A DNA stretch of 64,000 nucleotides from an uncultured Erysipelotrichaceae bacterium (GTDB lineage: Bacteria; Bacillota_I; Bacilli_A; RFN20; CAG-826): contig CADCNT010000017.1 of the NCBI GenBank assembly GCA_902802905.1, forward strand, positions 186 through 64,185, written 5' to 3'. The notes below the pieces were generated by a model. It did not search any database. It was not told the DNA's origin and saw nothing but the letters and a program-made list of their open reading frames with translations. Of the stretch, positions 17,708 through 26,366 are shown piece by piece; the first letter of the stretch is position 1, and each line of letters begins with the position of its first letter. The position numbers and the translations under genes are program-made.

Positions 17708-17737
17708 ATTATATATTTATAATCGACAATAAGTTAA
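17708..17737 (-). promoter_or_regulatory. candidate sigma70 promoter driving the structured RNA and RT-LRR gene
   Basis: Minus strand: TTAACT (17737-17732), 18-nt spacer, TATAAT (17713-17708). The predicted +1 is about 17701, i.e. the first base of the outer stem. Confidence 0.35.
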
Positions 17738-18010
17738 GATTTTTTCCTAACTTTTTTATTTTAACAAAATTATTTATAATAATGGCATGTGTTTTAGAGA
17801 TAGATTCGGATATAGATTAATCACGATGAGGAGTAGTTTCCGAAAGTGGATCAATTGGAATTACTTTAATAAATAAAGTAACAAACGAAGAAACCAATAG
17901 AGCCAATATGAAGACAGGTATCTATGGATTTAAAATCAAAATGGGAGAATCCTATCAATTGATTATTACAAGTTCAAAAGCAGTTGGATCATATAAATTA
18001 AGGATTGGAA

Positions 18011-18448
18011 ATGTATAGTTTATTGTTTAAACAAATTGAATCAATAATTGACAGAGATATTCCATTAACTTCAAACTTAGCGAATATCTCTGCTTTATTA
18101 TTTAAGATGGAAAATGTGAATTGGGCAGGTTTTTATCTAACAGATAAAGATAGACTAGTTCTCGGTCCTTTCCAAGGCGAAGTAGCGTGCACTATTATTC
18201 CTCTAGGAAAAGGAGTATGCGGCATCTCAGCCTGTAAAAAAGAAACAATCATTGTAGATAATGTTCATAAATTTAAAGGACACATTGCCTGTTCTTCCAT
18301 TTCTAAAAGTGAGATCGTTGTGCCAATCGCAAAAAACGATAATTTGATTGGTGTCATTGATATTGATTCACCAATTTATTCTAGGTTCGCAAATATTGAA
18401 AAAGAGTTTTTAGAAAAGGTTGCTTCTTTGATAGAAGAATTATGTTAG
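18011..18448 (+). CDS. msrC: GAF-domain free methionine-(R)-sulfoxide reductase-like protein
   Basis: Motifs NWAGFY, LVLGPFQGEVAC, GKGVCG, GHIACSS, SEIVVPI and GVIDIDS are typical of the fRMsr/YebR family. The ATG at 18011 has an AAGGA SD; the ORF-track TTG at 18005 is less likely. Confidence 0.8.
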   Translation: MYSLLFKQIESIIDRDIPLTSNLANISALLFKMENVNWAGFYLTDKDRLVLGPFQGEVACTIIPLGKGVCGISACKKETIIVDNVHKFKGHIACSSISKSEIVVPIAKNDNLIGVIDIDSPIYSRFANIEKEFLEKVASLIEELC

Positions 18449-18867
18449 TAACTTTCAAAGTATTTGAAAAATTGCCTGAAGAAGCAAAATTTATTAGAAC
18501 CACTGTTTTTGTTGATGAACAAGGTTTTATTGACGAATTTGATGAGAGTGACAATAAGGCAATTCATGTCCTAATGATTTTAGACGATAAAGCTGTAGGT
18601 ACTTCTAGAGTAATTTATTCAAAAGAGCATAAAAGTTACGCAATCGGAAGATTTGCCGTCTTAAAAGAATATCGAAATCAAGGTTTAGGGAATATACTTT
18701 TGCAATTCACCGAAAAAGAAATAGTTAAAAGATTTGGCCATATCCAAATAGGTGTAAGCAGTCAAATGCAAGCAAGTGAATTCTACGCAAAAAACGGTTA
18801 TAACCGCACGGAGCCCACTTATTTTGATCAACACTGCCTCCATGTTTGGATGATTAAACAACTATAA
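18442..18867 (+). CDS. GNAT family N-acetyltransferase
   Basis: RNQGLGNILL acetyl-CoA binding motif (Q/RxxGxG/A). Length 141 aa. Overlaps the upstream gene by 7 nt. Confidence 0.75.
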   Translation: MLVTFKVFEKLPEEAKFIRTTVFVDEQGFIDEFDESDNKAIHVLMILDDKAVGTSRVIYSKEHKSYAIGRFAVLKEYRNQGLGNILLQFTEKEIVKRFGHIQIGVSSQMQASEFYAKNGYNRTEPTYFDQHCLHVWMIKQL

Positions 18868-18898
18868 AAATAGCGTCGTAGCTAACGACGTCTATTTT
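18866..18898. terminator. bidirectional terminator between convergent genes
   Basis: Hairpin TAGCGTCGT-agcta-ACGACGTCTA flanked by AAAAA and TTTT. Confidence 0.6.
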
Positions 18899-19562
18899 AT
18901 TTTTTAAGAATAAATTGTTGTCTAGAATTTTTAAGCACTTCTCCACTACCAGTCCAAAGGGCATCTTTGTACCATTGTGGGACTCTATTATCAATTTCTC
19001 TTTCTTTTTGTTTGAGAAGATCATCTTGCTCTAATATCTCGCCTTTTCTAGAAAGGAGTTCATCTTTCTTTTTCTTTCTAACAACAGCAAGAGCGATAGA
19101 ACCACCTAGAGCTAATATACCAACAACAGTAAGAACAACTGCGATTGGCACTTGTGCTGCAGGAAGTGGTAATACTTTAGCAAGAGTAAGAATACCTAAT
19201 GATAAGGTGATAATAGCGACACAAAGTAAGAGAATAGAAATTGGAGCAAATGGAGATTTATTCATAATTTTAAGAGTTCTATCCATTGCTTCTCTTTCTT
19301 TTTTGACTTGTTTCAAATCTTCTCTAACCGCGTTAAGTGAATCGAGTTCTTCACCAACATAAACATCGGCAAATCCAGTAATACGGAAATGCTTTTCCTT
19401 AGTTTTTTCGGTCGTGCCATCAGATTTCTTAGTAACAGTGGTTACATATTCATCCATAATGCCAATATCAAAATTAAAAGCACCATTTTCGACAAATTCA
19501 TTTAATCTTTTAGCAGCGTCGCTTGCATCTTTTGTAAGCATTGCGATAGGTTTTTTATCCAT
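18897..19562 (-). CDS. hypothetical membrane protein (two central TM helices, coiled-coil flanks)
   Basis: 221-aa ORF. Hydrophobic segments at PISILLLCVAIITLSLGILTLA and IAVVLTVVGILALGGSIALAVV. No recognised motif. Confidence 0.55.
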   Translation of the reverse strand: MDKKPIAMLTKDASDAAKRLNEFVENGAFNFDIGIMDEYVTTVTKKSDGTTEKTKEKHFRITGFADVYVGEELDSLNAVREDLKQVKKEREAMDRTLKIMNKSPFAPISILLLCVAIITLSLGILTLAKVLPLPAAQVPIAVVLTVVGILALGGSIALAVVRKKKKDELLSRKGEILEQDDLLKQKEREIDNRVPQWYKDALWTGSGEVLKNSRQQFILKK

Positions 19563-19598
19563 AATTGTTATTTTTTCCCCTACAATACTTTACCAAAA

Positions 19599-20393
19599 TT
19601 AGAAACTTATGCAATCTAAAGCAAGCATAACTACAAAACCAAAGATAAAAGACCAGACGCCTAAATGGCCATGTCCTTCACTGGTCATCTCTGGAATCAT
19701 TTCTTCCGCAACAACATAAATCATACAGCCTGCCGCAAAGGCTAAAGCCCAAGGCATAATCCCTTGAATTTGCATGGCTAAGAATAAACCAAGAATAGCG
19801 GCAATTGGTTCCACCGCTCCTGATAACATGCCAAATATAAAGGCTTTAGAAGAGGAACCAGTTTCGCTTTTAATTGGAAGCGACACCACGGCTCCTTCTG
19901 GAATGTTTTGTATGCCGATACCAACTGCGAGCAATAAAGCACCCATGAGTAAAGCAGCGTTATTTGGCTGCGAAAGAGCAACACCAAAAGCGATGCCAAC
20001 TGATAATCCTTCGGGAACATTGTGAATGGTAACAGCGATAAACATCTTAGATGTTTTACTCATTCTTTTGGTTGGTAGACCCTCATCTTCTCCTTCTTTA
20101 ACATGGAAGTGAGGAACAATCTTATCAATAAGCCATAAGAAGCCTGCGCCAAGCACTACTGAGATAACCACTATAGACCATGAAGGCATATAGGTTACAT
20201 TTGTCTCTAATGCCGGTTTTATTAGTGAAAAGAATGAAGCAGAAAACATCACCCCAGCGGCAAAACCAATAAATATTTTGTTTAACTTCGGTGAAATATC
20301 TTTCTTTCGAATAAAGAAAACAAATAACGCACCTAAAGTAGTACAAACAAATATAAGAGGAATTCCAATCAAAGGATAGACGTAATTAGGCAT
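19599..20393 (-). CDS. zupT: ZIP family divalent-metal transporter
   Basis: HNVPEGLSVG and QNIPEGAVV signature helices. 264 aa. Confidence 0.85.
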   Translation of the reverse strand: MPNYVYPLIGIPLIFVCTTLGALFVFFIRKKDISPKLNKIFIGFAAGVMFSASFFSLIKPALETNVTYMPSWSIVVISVVLGAGFLWLIDKIVPHFHVKEGEDEGLPTKRMSKTSKMFIAVTIHNVPEGLSVGIAFGVALSQPNNAALLMGALLLAVGIGIQNIPEGAVVSLPIKSETGSSSKAFIFGMLSGAVEPIAAILGLFLAMQIQGIMPWALAFAAGCMIYVVAEEMIPEMTSEGHGHLGVWSFIFGFVVMLALDCISF

Positions 20394-20396
20394 AAA

Positions 20397-20651
20397 TTAT
20401 CTCCAACCAAAGAGTTTCTTGACTGCCACCATTCTATCAAAAGAAGTAATGCGATATCCAGTTGGATCCAAAATTGCCTTAAAATCATCAATAGTTAAAT
20501 TAAGTTCTGTAATCACTACTAATTGGTTTTTTAAGTGGGATGCGTTAGCTTTTTTCACTTTTAGATTCTTTGTGATTGTTTCTTCTACATGCATTTCACA
20601 CATACCACATCTCATTCCATCAATTCCTAATACATATTTATTCATGGTCAA
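20397..20651 (-). CDS. heavy-metal-associated (HMA) domain protein
   Basis: GMRCGMC metal-binding motif (GMxCxxC). About 80 aa, ferredoxin-like size. Confidence 0.75.
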   Translation of the reverse strand: MTMNKYVLGIDGMRCGMCEMHVEETITKNLKVKKANASHLKNQLVVITELNLTIDDFKAILDPTGYRITSFDRMVAVKKLFGWR

Positions 20652-20711
20652 ATTTATTACTCCTTTCCTTTAAATAAAGATGGAGTACAAGTGGCAGCAC
20701 TCCATCTATCA

Positions 20712-20906
20712 CTAATGATTGTTTTTGCAGTAATTCCGATACTCTTTAAGTAGCTGTCCTTTTTTCTTATGACAGTAACTACAATCACCAGTCGGCAAGT
20801 TATGTTTCTTCTTATAGATATAGCTGCCAATAAGATAACCAAATAAGCATAAGCAAAACAGTATAGTGGCAATGGCTAATAGAATCGATACTGCTTGTTC
20901 GCTCAT
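20712..20906 (-). CDS. FeoB-associated Cys-rich membrane protein
   Basis: 64 aa. One N-terminal TM helix, then KKKHNLPTGDCSYCHKKKG. Lies immediately downstream of feoB, as is typical for this family. Confidence 0.7.
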   Translation of the reverse strand: MSEQAVSILLAIATILFCLCLFGYLIGSYIYKKKHNLPTGDCSYCHKKKGQLLKEYRNYCKNNH

Positions 20907-20910
20907 ATTA

Positions 20911-23358
20911 TTAGGCTCCTAACTTTTGTGCATCCACTTTTTTATTGTGGAAATGGACAATGAATCCTGCGGCGACCGCTAAGGCGATAATACCGACTGT
21001 CACTGGGATAGCCCAGGCTAAGGATTCAACAGAGAACATGGACAAGAATGCGTATACAAATGCTGCACCAACATAGGAAGCAACAACCCAGAAGAGCAAC
21101 GTCCATTTAAATTTACCTTTTTGTAATTCTGCTTTAGCAGTAGCGCAAGCAGCAAAGCAAGGAATGGTTAACATGTTGAAGGTGATAAAGGATATACAAC
21201 CTTGCCAGGTAATACCAGTACCAGCAATCATCATATAAGCATAGGAAACGCCGCCTTCATCAACTTCTAGTAAGCCTTCATCTAATTGTTGGATGAACGC
21301 CATAATTTCATTATATTTTTCTGGAGTGAATAAACTTGGATCAACTTCAAGTTCGAGTTGATAATAGATTTGTGCTAAATGCTCACTTGTAAAGATGTTT
21401 GGATCAATTTGACCAGCTTTAAAGGCAACGATGAAGATTGCCGCTAAAGTTAAGAATGTAGCAACGACATTTTCTTTAGCGATAAGGCCAGTAACAGCAG
21501 CCACAGCGAAGACCCAACCAAACATACCAATTTGACTACCAAAGCCAAGTGGAGTGAATATAGGTTGAATAAATTGACCGATACTTGCAAGAATAGAACT
21601 TGATATATCTCCATCTAAGTATGTCCAATTCCAACCGAAGTTAGATAAAAACCAAATTACAATTGTGGAAGCTAAGATAATTGTGAAAGCTTTCTTCACA
21701 AAGTGTTTGGCTTTATCCCATAAATGAATCATTAAAGCTTTAAATTGTGGCCAGTGATAAGCAGGAAGTTCCATGATAAATGGAGCGGCTTCCCCTCTCA
21801 TTGTGGTCTTTCTCATAACGATTAAGCACACTAAGGCAGCAACAATACCAACTACATACATGGAATAAGTAATCACGTCAGCATTACCAAAGCCAAAGTA
21901 TTGAATAATACCACCAGCGATCGCGACTAAAATAGGGAGTTTTGCACCGCAAGAGAAGAAAGGAATAACCCTAATAGTCGCGGTCTTTTCTTTTTCATCA
22001 GCTAAAGTTCTGGTGTTAATCATCGCAGGAACAGAGCAACCAAAACCCATAATCATCGGAATGAACGCTCTTCCTGATAAACCGAATTTACGGAAAATTC
22101 TATCTAAGATAAAGGCAACACGAGCCATATATCCGGTATCTTCCATAATGGAGAAGAATAAGAATAGCAATAAGATTTGTGGCAAGAATCCCAAGATAGC
22201 AAATAAGCCAGAGAGAACGCCATCACAAACAAAGCCAACGAACCATGAAGCAGATTCTGGTAATCCAGCGCTCATCGCTCCACCAACAGCGTCGATAATT
22301 GCCGAGAATGACATATCAAAGAAGTTAAATAGGATGACACCTGGTGAGTTTATTCCAGAATCAGTCCATATTAATCCTTCATAAATGCTCCCAGCAAATG
22401 ATGGAGTTACTCCATTATTTTCAAGAATCTTACCTAGGAAGAATAAGTTTTCAGAGAATGTTAAGTGGAAGACAAGGAATAAGATTGCGGCAAAGATTAA
22501 TAAGCCGAATACTTTATGTGTTAAAACTTTATCAATTCTATCAGACTTGTTTTCTTTAACTTTCTTTTCGCCTTCTTCTTTGTGTTTGGTGATTACTTTG
22601 GAGAAATTAGATGAAATGTAGTTATATCTTTCATCAGCGATAATCGCTTCAATGTCATCACCAAAGGTCTCATCTTTAAAGGTCTTTTTGAATTCTTCCA
22701 CCATTGGGAGAAGATCTTCATGCATTTTGGTTTCAATCTCATCATTTTCCACAAGTTTGATTGCGTGGAATAATGGGTTATCAACTTTTTTACCTTTAAA
22801 GGCGATAGAAACATCACCAATTAAATGTTTTAAATCTTTGTTATAAATAATAGTTTTTCCAGCTCTACTTGATTCACTTGCTTTAAAAGCAACTTCCATG
22901 AGTTCTTTTAAGTTAGATTCTTCAAGAGCGGAAATTTTTACTACAGGTACGCCTAGTTTCTCTTCTAATACTTTTTCATCTAAAGTATCACCAGCTTTTT
23001 CTAAGACGTCCATCATGTTAATCGCGACCACTACTGGAACATCAATTTCTAATAATTGGGTGGTTAGATAAAGATTTCTTTCTAAGTTTGTCGCATCAAC
23101 GATATTAATGACACAATCAGGTTTCTCATCGAGAATATAGTTTCTCGAGATTACTTCTTCACTAGTGTATGGTGAAAGAGAATAAATACCTGGTAAGTCG
23201 ATAATGGCGATATGTTCTTTAAGTTTTTTATAAACACCATCTTTTTTCTCAACAGTGACTCCTGGCCAGTTACCTACGTGCGCCGTAGAGCCTGTTAAAT
23301 TGTTAAATAATGTGGTTTTACCACAGTTAGGATTACCCGCTAAAGCAAAACGTTTCAC
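20911..23358 (-). CDS. feoB: ferrous iron transport protein B
   Basis: N-terminal G-domain GNPNCGKTTLFN and DLPGIYS, followed by a large polytopic permease domain. 815 aa. Confidence 0.95.
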   Translation of the reverse strand: MKRFALAGNPNCGKTTLFNNLTGSTAHVGNWPGVTVEKKDGVYKKLKEHIAIIDLPGIYSLSPYTSEEVISRNYILDEKPDCVINIVDATNLERNLYLTTQLLEIDVPVVVAINMMDVLEKAGDTLDEKVLEEKLGVPVVKISALEESNLKELMEVAFKASESSRAGKTIIYNKDLKHLIGDVSIAFKGKKVDNPLFHAIKLVENDEIETKMHEDLLPMVEEFKKTFKDETFGDDIEAIIADERYNYISSNFSKVITKHKEEGEKKVKENKSDRIDKVLTHKVFGLLIFAAILFLVFHLTFSENLFFLGKILENNGVTPSFAGSIYEGLIWTDSGINSPGVILFNFFDMSFSAIIDAVGGAMSAGLPESASWFVGFVCDGVLSGLFAILGFLPQILLLFLFFSIMEDTGYMARVAFILDRIFRKFGLSGRAFIPMIMGFGCSVPAMINTRTLADEKEKTATIRVIPFFSCGAKLPILVAIAGGIIQYFGFGNADVITYSMYVVGIVAALVCLIVMRKTTMRGEAAPFIMELPAYHWPQFKALMIHLWDKAKHFVKKAFTIILASTIVIWFLSNFGWNWTYLDGDISSSILASIGQFIQPIFTPLGFGSQIGMFGWVFAVAAVTGLIAKENVVATFLTLAAIFIVAFKAGQIDPNIFTSEHLAQIYYQLELEVDPSLFTPEKYNEIMAFIQQLDEGLLEVDEGGVSYAYMMIAGTGITWQGCISFITFNMLTIPCFAACATAKAELQKGKFKWTLLFWVVASYVGAAFVYAFLSMFSVESLAWAIPVTVGIIALAVAAGFIVHFHNKKVDAQKLGA

Positions 23359-23359
23359 T

Positions 23360-23599
23360 TTATTGGTCCTCCTTAACTTCCAAGACCACTAATTCAGCTT
23401 CGCTTTTACGAAGTGTCAATTCATAGCCTCTAATCGTGACTTCAAGAGGATCTCCTAATGGAGCTTTTTTACGTAAATAGACTGTTGCCCCTGGAGTCAC
23501 TCCCATATCAAACAGTCTTCTACGAAGGCGACCTTCACCTTCTACTTTCTTGATTAGGCCAGTCTCGCCTATATTAAATTCATCTAGTCTTTTAAGCAT
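23360..23599 (-). CDS. feoA: FeoA family protein
   Basis: 79-aa SH3-like FeoA with RLFDMGVTPGATV and ELTLRKSEA motifs. Directly upstream of feoB. Confidence 0.85.
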   Translation of the reverse strand: MLKRLDEFNIGETGLIKKVEGEGRLRRRLFDMGVTPGATVYLRKKAPLGDPLEVTIRGYELTLRKSEAELVVLEVKEDQ

Positions 23600-23613
23600 A
23601 AATTCCTTCCTTT

Positions 23614-23826
23614 CTACGCAACTAGAATTTTGCTAGCGATAGAACGATCTAACGCTAGTCTTCCTTCTTTAACAGCGATAACTACGCCGCCGTTAACGGA
23701 AGAGATGACGGTAATATAGGAGTTAACTAAAATACCAAGGCTTTCAAGATGCTTCTTTGTTTTTTCATCAAGAAGAATCTTCACCACTTTCATTTCTGTA
23801 TTTACAGGTGCTAATCCGATTGGCAT
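23614..23826 (-). CDS. feoA: FeoA family protein (second copy)
   Basis: 70-aa protein with HLESLGILVNSYITV and RLALDRSIASKI, a FeoA-like pattern. First gene of the feo operon. Confidence 0.75.
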   Translation of the reverse strand: MPIGLAPVNTEMKVVKILLDEKTKKHLESLGILVNSYITVISSVNGGVVIAVKEGRLALDRSIASKILVA

Positions 23827-23848
23827 ATTTATGTCCTCCTATTCTAGA

Positions 23849-23922
23849 GTTAGTTATCGCTAACCATACATATTATATACTCTTAAATATGCGTGTAAAG
23901 AAAAAAGTTAGTCATTCCTAAC
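23849..23922 (-). promoter_or_regulatory. feo operon promoter flanked by two GTTAG-N6-CTAAC palindromic operator candidates
   Basis: Minus strand: TTTACA (23899-23894), 16-nt spacer, TATAAT (23877-23872). Palindromes: GTTAGTTATCGCTAAC at 23849-23864 (about +1 to +16) and GTTAGTCATTCCTAAC at 23907-23922 (just upstream of the -35). Confidence 0.55.
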
Positions 23923-23962
23923 TAACCTTATTCTTTTTATACTGTTTAATTCTTAAAGGAGA

Positions 23963-23996
23963 ACAAAAAAACAGTACCGGCCTATATCGATACTGT
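23963..23996 (-). terminator. rho-independent terminator (copy 1 of a repeated ACAGTA..TCGATACTGT element)
   Basis: Minus strand: ACAGTATCGA-tataggc-CGGTACTGT followed by TTTTTTT. Lies 12 nt after the ABC-2 permease stop. Confidence 0.7.
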
Positions 23997-24007
23997 CTTT
24001 AGATAAT

Positions 24008-24691
24008 TTAAAAATCTACTTTTTCCAGTCGTTTAGAAGATATCTTATAAACTAATAAGTGGAAGAAGAACGATATTAATATAGCGCCTCCAAGGATAGC
24101 AAATTGGATGCCAATATGCATATTATTCATAATCTCTAATCCAGGAATAAACGGCAAGGCAATTGTGAATATACCAATATAGGCAACAAATCCAAAGATG
24201 GTGAATAATGTGGACATAACAATGGATCTACCTTTTTTATAGTAAATTGGGAAAAAGATCAAATCCGCGATAGCGTAACCAACAACACCAATAGCTAATA
24301 GAAGCACAAAGCTATTGAGTCCTAAGCCTGGAATCTTAAATTCATCAGGTTTACTTGCACTTTGAATAACTGCATCGTTAACAAGTCTTGCTAATGGATA
24401 TAAAGCAGTAAGCAAAACAATAAAAGTCACTTGCATGAGAATCACAGTCATAATTCTTGCTTTGACAATATCTTTCTTTCTAACTGGTAGTAAGACTGAA
24501 TAAAGTAAATCATTGCTTTGTTGTCCCTTATTAGCGCCCAAGAAAAGAATTGGATAACACGCTAAGATATAGATGAAGCCAACTCCTAGAGGATAAGAAG
24601 GAATTAGAAGCATGAATGGGAATAGGAAAATAAATAGATACCACATCGGATGCATCGCTAAGCGAAGTTCTTTATAAAGTAAAGCTTTCAT
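24008..24691 (-). CDS. ABC-2 type transporter permease
   Basis: 227 aa with about 6 TM helices. Overlaps the upstream ATPase gene by 20 nt. Confidence 0.7.
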   Translation of the reverse strand: MKALLYKELRLAMHPMWYLFIFLFPFMLLIPSYPLGVGFIYILACYPILFLGANKGQQSNDLLYSVLLPVRKKDIVKARIMTVILMQVTFIVLLTALYPLARLVNDAVIQSASKPDEFKIPGLGLNSFVLLLAIGVVGYAIADLIFFPIYYKKGRSIVMSTLFTIFGFVAYIGIFTIALPFIPGLEIMNNMHIGIQFAILGGAILISFFFHLLVYKISSKRLEKVDF

Positions 24692-25541
24692 TGTTATTAC
24701 CCCTTTCTAAGTAAATCATGATTTCTTCTAAATCCGGTTCTCTTGGTTTGATGTTGTTTTTAACAAACACATCTTTATTATCAACACTAATAAGACCTTC
24801 AATGTGGTCATCTAATTCTTTATAGGAAATGTATTCTTTTTCTAGTTCTTTATTCTTTGATTTGTCAATGACAAATAAATATGAATTTACGAAGTCTTTT
24901 TTCTTGCCTGAAAAAACGATTTGACCGTTATGAATATAGGTAATGTTGCTCGCACATTTATCTAAGTCACTAGTAATATGTGTAGAGAAAAGGATTGCCC
25001 GATCACCACTTTTAACGATTTCTCTAAAGATATCTAGCACTTCTTCTCTAGAGACTGGATCTAAGCCTGAAGTTGGTTCATCTAGGATTAAGAGCTCTGC
25101 CTTATGCGATAAAGCGATAGCAACAGAATATTTGACCTTCATACCACTAGATAATTCTTCTAGTTTCTTATTTACATCAAGGTTAAATAGCTTGCATACA
25201 TCCTCAAACTTCTTTTCATCAAAGTTCTTATAGAAACGTTTAGTAACATCCATTAATTGCTTAATTGTGCGGTTTGGATAGTAATTGAGCTCGCTTAAAG
25301 CAAAGCCGATTCTTTGCTTATTTTCTAATTCATTCTCAGTCATGTCCTTTTCAAAAGCTTGGATAGAACCGCTTTCATAATGTATTAGATTCATGATGCA
25401 TTTAAGTGTTGTGGTTTTACCTGCACCATTACGACCAATAAAGCCCATGATTTCTCCAGGTTTAATAGCAAAAGAGACATCTTTTAAAGAGAACGATGGG
25501 TATTTTTTATTAACATTCTCCAGTCTTAATATTTCTTCCAT
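24672..25541 (-). CDS. ABC transporter ATP-binding protein
   Basis: Walker A GRNGAGKTT, signature LSSGMK, Walker B LLILDEPTSGLD, and H-loop STH. Confidence 0.9.
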   Translation of the reverse strand: MEEILRLENVNKKYPSFSLKDVSFAIKPGEIMGFIGRNGAGKTTTLKCIMNLIHYESGSIQAFEKDMTENELENKQRIGFALSELNYYPNRTIKQLMDVTKRFYKNFDEKKFEDVCKLFNLDVNKKLEELSSGMKVKYSVAIALSHKAELLILDEPTSGLDPVSREEVLDIFREIVKSGDRAILFSTHITSDLDKCASNITYIHNGQIVFSGKKKDFVNSYLFVIDKSKNKELEKEYISYKELDDHIEGLISVDNKDVFVKNNIKPREPDLEEIMIYLERGNNNESFTL

Positions 25542-25543
25542 AA

Positions 25544-25747
25544 TTATTTATTGTCCCCCATTAAGGCATAAAAAGCATCGGCTTTCATAATCGCTAAACC
25601 GCCTCTACTTTTATCACCCATGACCAGTAAAGATTCACCTTCTTTAATATCAAACATTTGTCTCGCTTCCTTTGGAATAGTAATTTGACCTTTAGGACCG
25701 ACTTTGACACTGACGATAAATCTATCTTCTTCAATTTGTGGTTTCAT
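25544..25747 (-). CDS. AbrB/MazE/SpoVT family DNA-binding protein
   Basis: The VGPKGQITIPKEARQMFDIKEGESL looped-hinge-helix motif. I use the ATG at 25747; the ORF-track TTG start at 25789 has no support. Confidence 0.7.
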   Translation of the reverse strand: MKPQIEEDRFIVSVKVGPKGQITIPKEARQMFDIKEGESLLVMGDKSRGGLAIMKADAFYALMGDNK

Positions 25748-25806
25748 AATTCTTACTTTTCTTACCTTTCTTACACTATTATAATCCAAATACTATAAAA
25801 TAAAAG

Positions 25807-25850
25807 GAAAAACAGTACCGACTTCTATCGATACTGTAGTTATCATCAGG
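25807..25850 (-). terminator. terminator-like hairpin (copy 2 of repeated element, with conserved AGTTATCATC flank)
   Basis: ACAGTACCGACTTCTATCGATACTGT (25812-25837) forms a 10-bp stem with one mismatch. On the minus strand it is followed by TTTTTCCTTTT. Shares TACTGTAGTTATCATCnGG with copy 3. Confidence 0.6.
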
Positions 25851-26002
25851 CCTTTTTGGACTATTTTGATACATCCAGGCACTTTTACAAAAATCCGGAC
25901 AACCTATTTTAGCAGAAGAAAATCACTAATTAATGAAGTGAACCACAAAAGTGCCACACTAACAATTCCAAAACAATTAACTAAACTTGTTTAGAGTAAA
26001 AT

Positions 26003-26353
26003 TTACTTCTTGTTAAAATACGGACAAATATCTCTACCTTGTTTAGTCATTAAACCGGCGTTTTCAAGTTCAATGCAGCGCTTTATATTTGTCTCGGTCC
26101 AGTTAGATTTTTTCTTTCTTGGTGAAAACCTTTGTATTAGATTTCCATCAATATTTCTTAAAGTTGAATCAATCCATCCAAAGCATAATGCCGCTTTAAC
26201 TGCGTCATAATAACTCAAAATATCAACGCACTTCTCCGGTTTTTGTCTAGGCACTCTAACAAATAATTCCGTTTCTTTACTAGCGTGATCCTTTAGCCAG
26301 GAATACATTTCATCAAAGCTTTTAAAATCAAAATACAAAATATCAGTTTTCAC
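26003..26353 (-). CDS. YdeI/OmpD-associated family protein
   Basis: 116 aa. FxSxxEWxxWL-like N-terminus (FKSFDEMYSWLKDH) and the FGWIDS and KKKSNWTETN motifs recalled from the YdeI family. Confidence 0.6.
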   Translation of the reverse strand: MKTDILYFDFKSFDEMYSWLKDHASKETELFVRVPRQKPEKCVDILSYYDAVKAALCFGWIDSTLRNIDGNLIQRFSPRKKKSNWTETNIKRCIELENAGLMTKQGRDICPYFNKK

Positions 26354-26366
26354 TCACTCATAATAA

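Noticed and set aside
12303-17737. Whether the RT is part of a diversity-generating retroelement, with the LRR array as the variable target.
   Set aside because: I saw no template/variable repeat pair by eye. The upstream non-coding region is short and does not obviously resemble any part of the ORF. The motif-B region reads TSP rather than the SQ typical of DGR RTs. A proper TR/VR self-alignment, looking for a ~100-nt repeat with A-specific mismatches, would be needed to exclude it fully.
12303-17737. Whether the RT belongs to a group II intron.
   Set aside because: There is no maturase X or endonuclease domain after the RT motifs, because the LRRs start immediately. No domain V/VI-like RNA structure flanks the ORF. 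The D-x-x-FF-x-SI motif is retron-like.
20657-20872. 71-aa ORF that overlaps the FeoB-associated small protein gene in another frame.
   Set aside because: The 20712-20906 frame gives the characteristic TM helix plus Cys-rich FeoB-associated protein. The alternative frame has no recognisable features.
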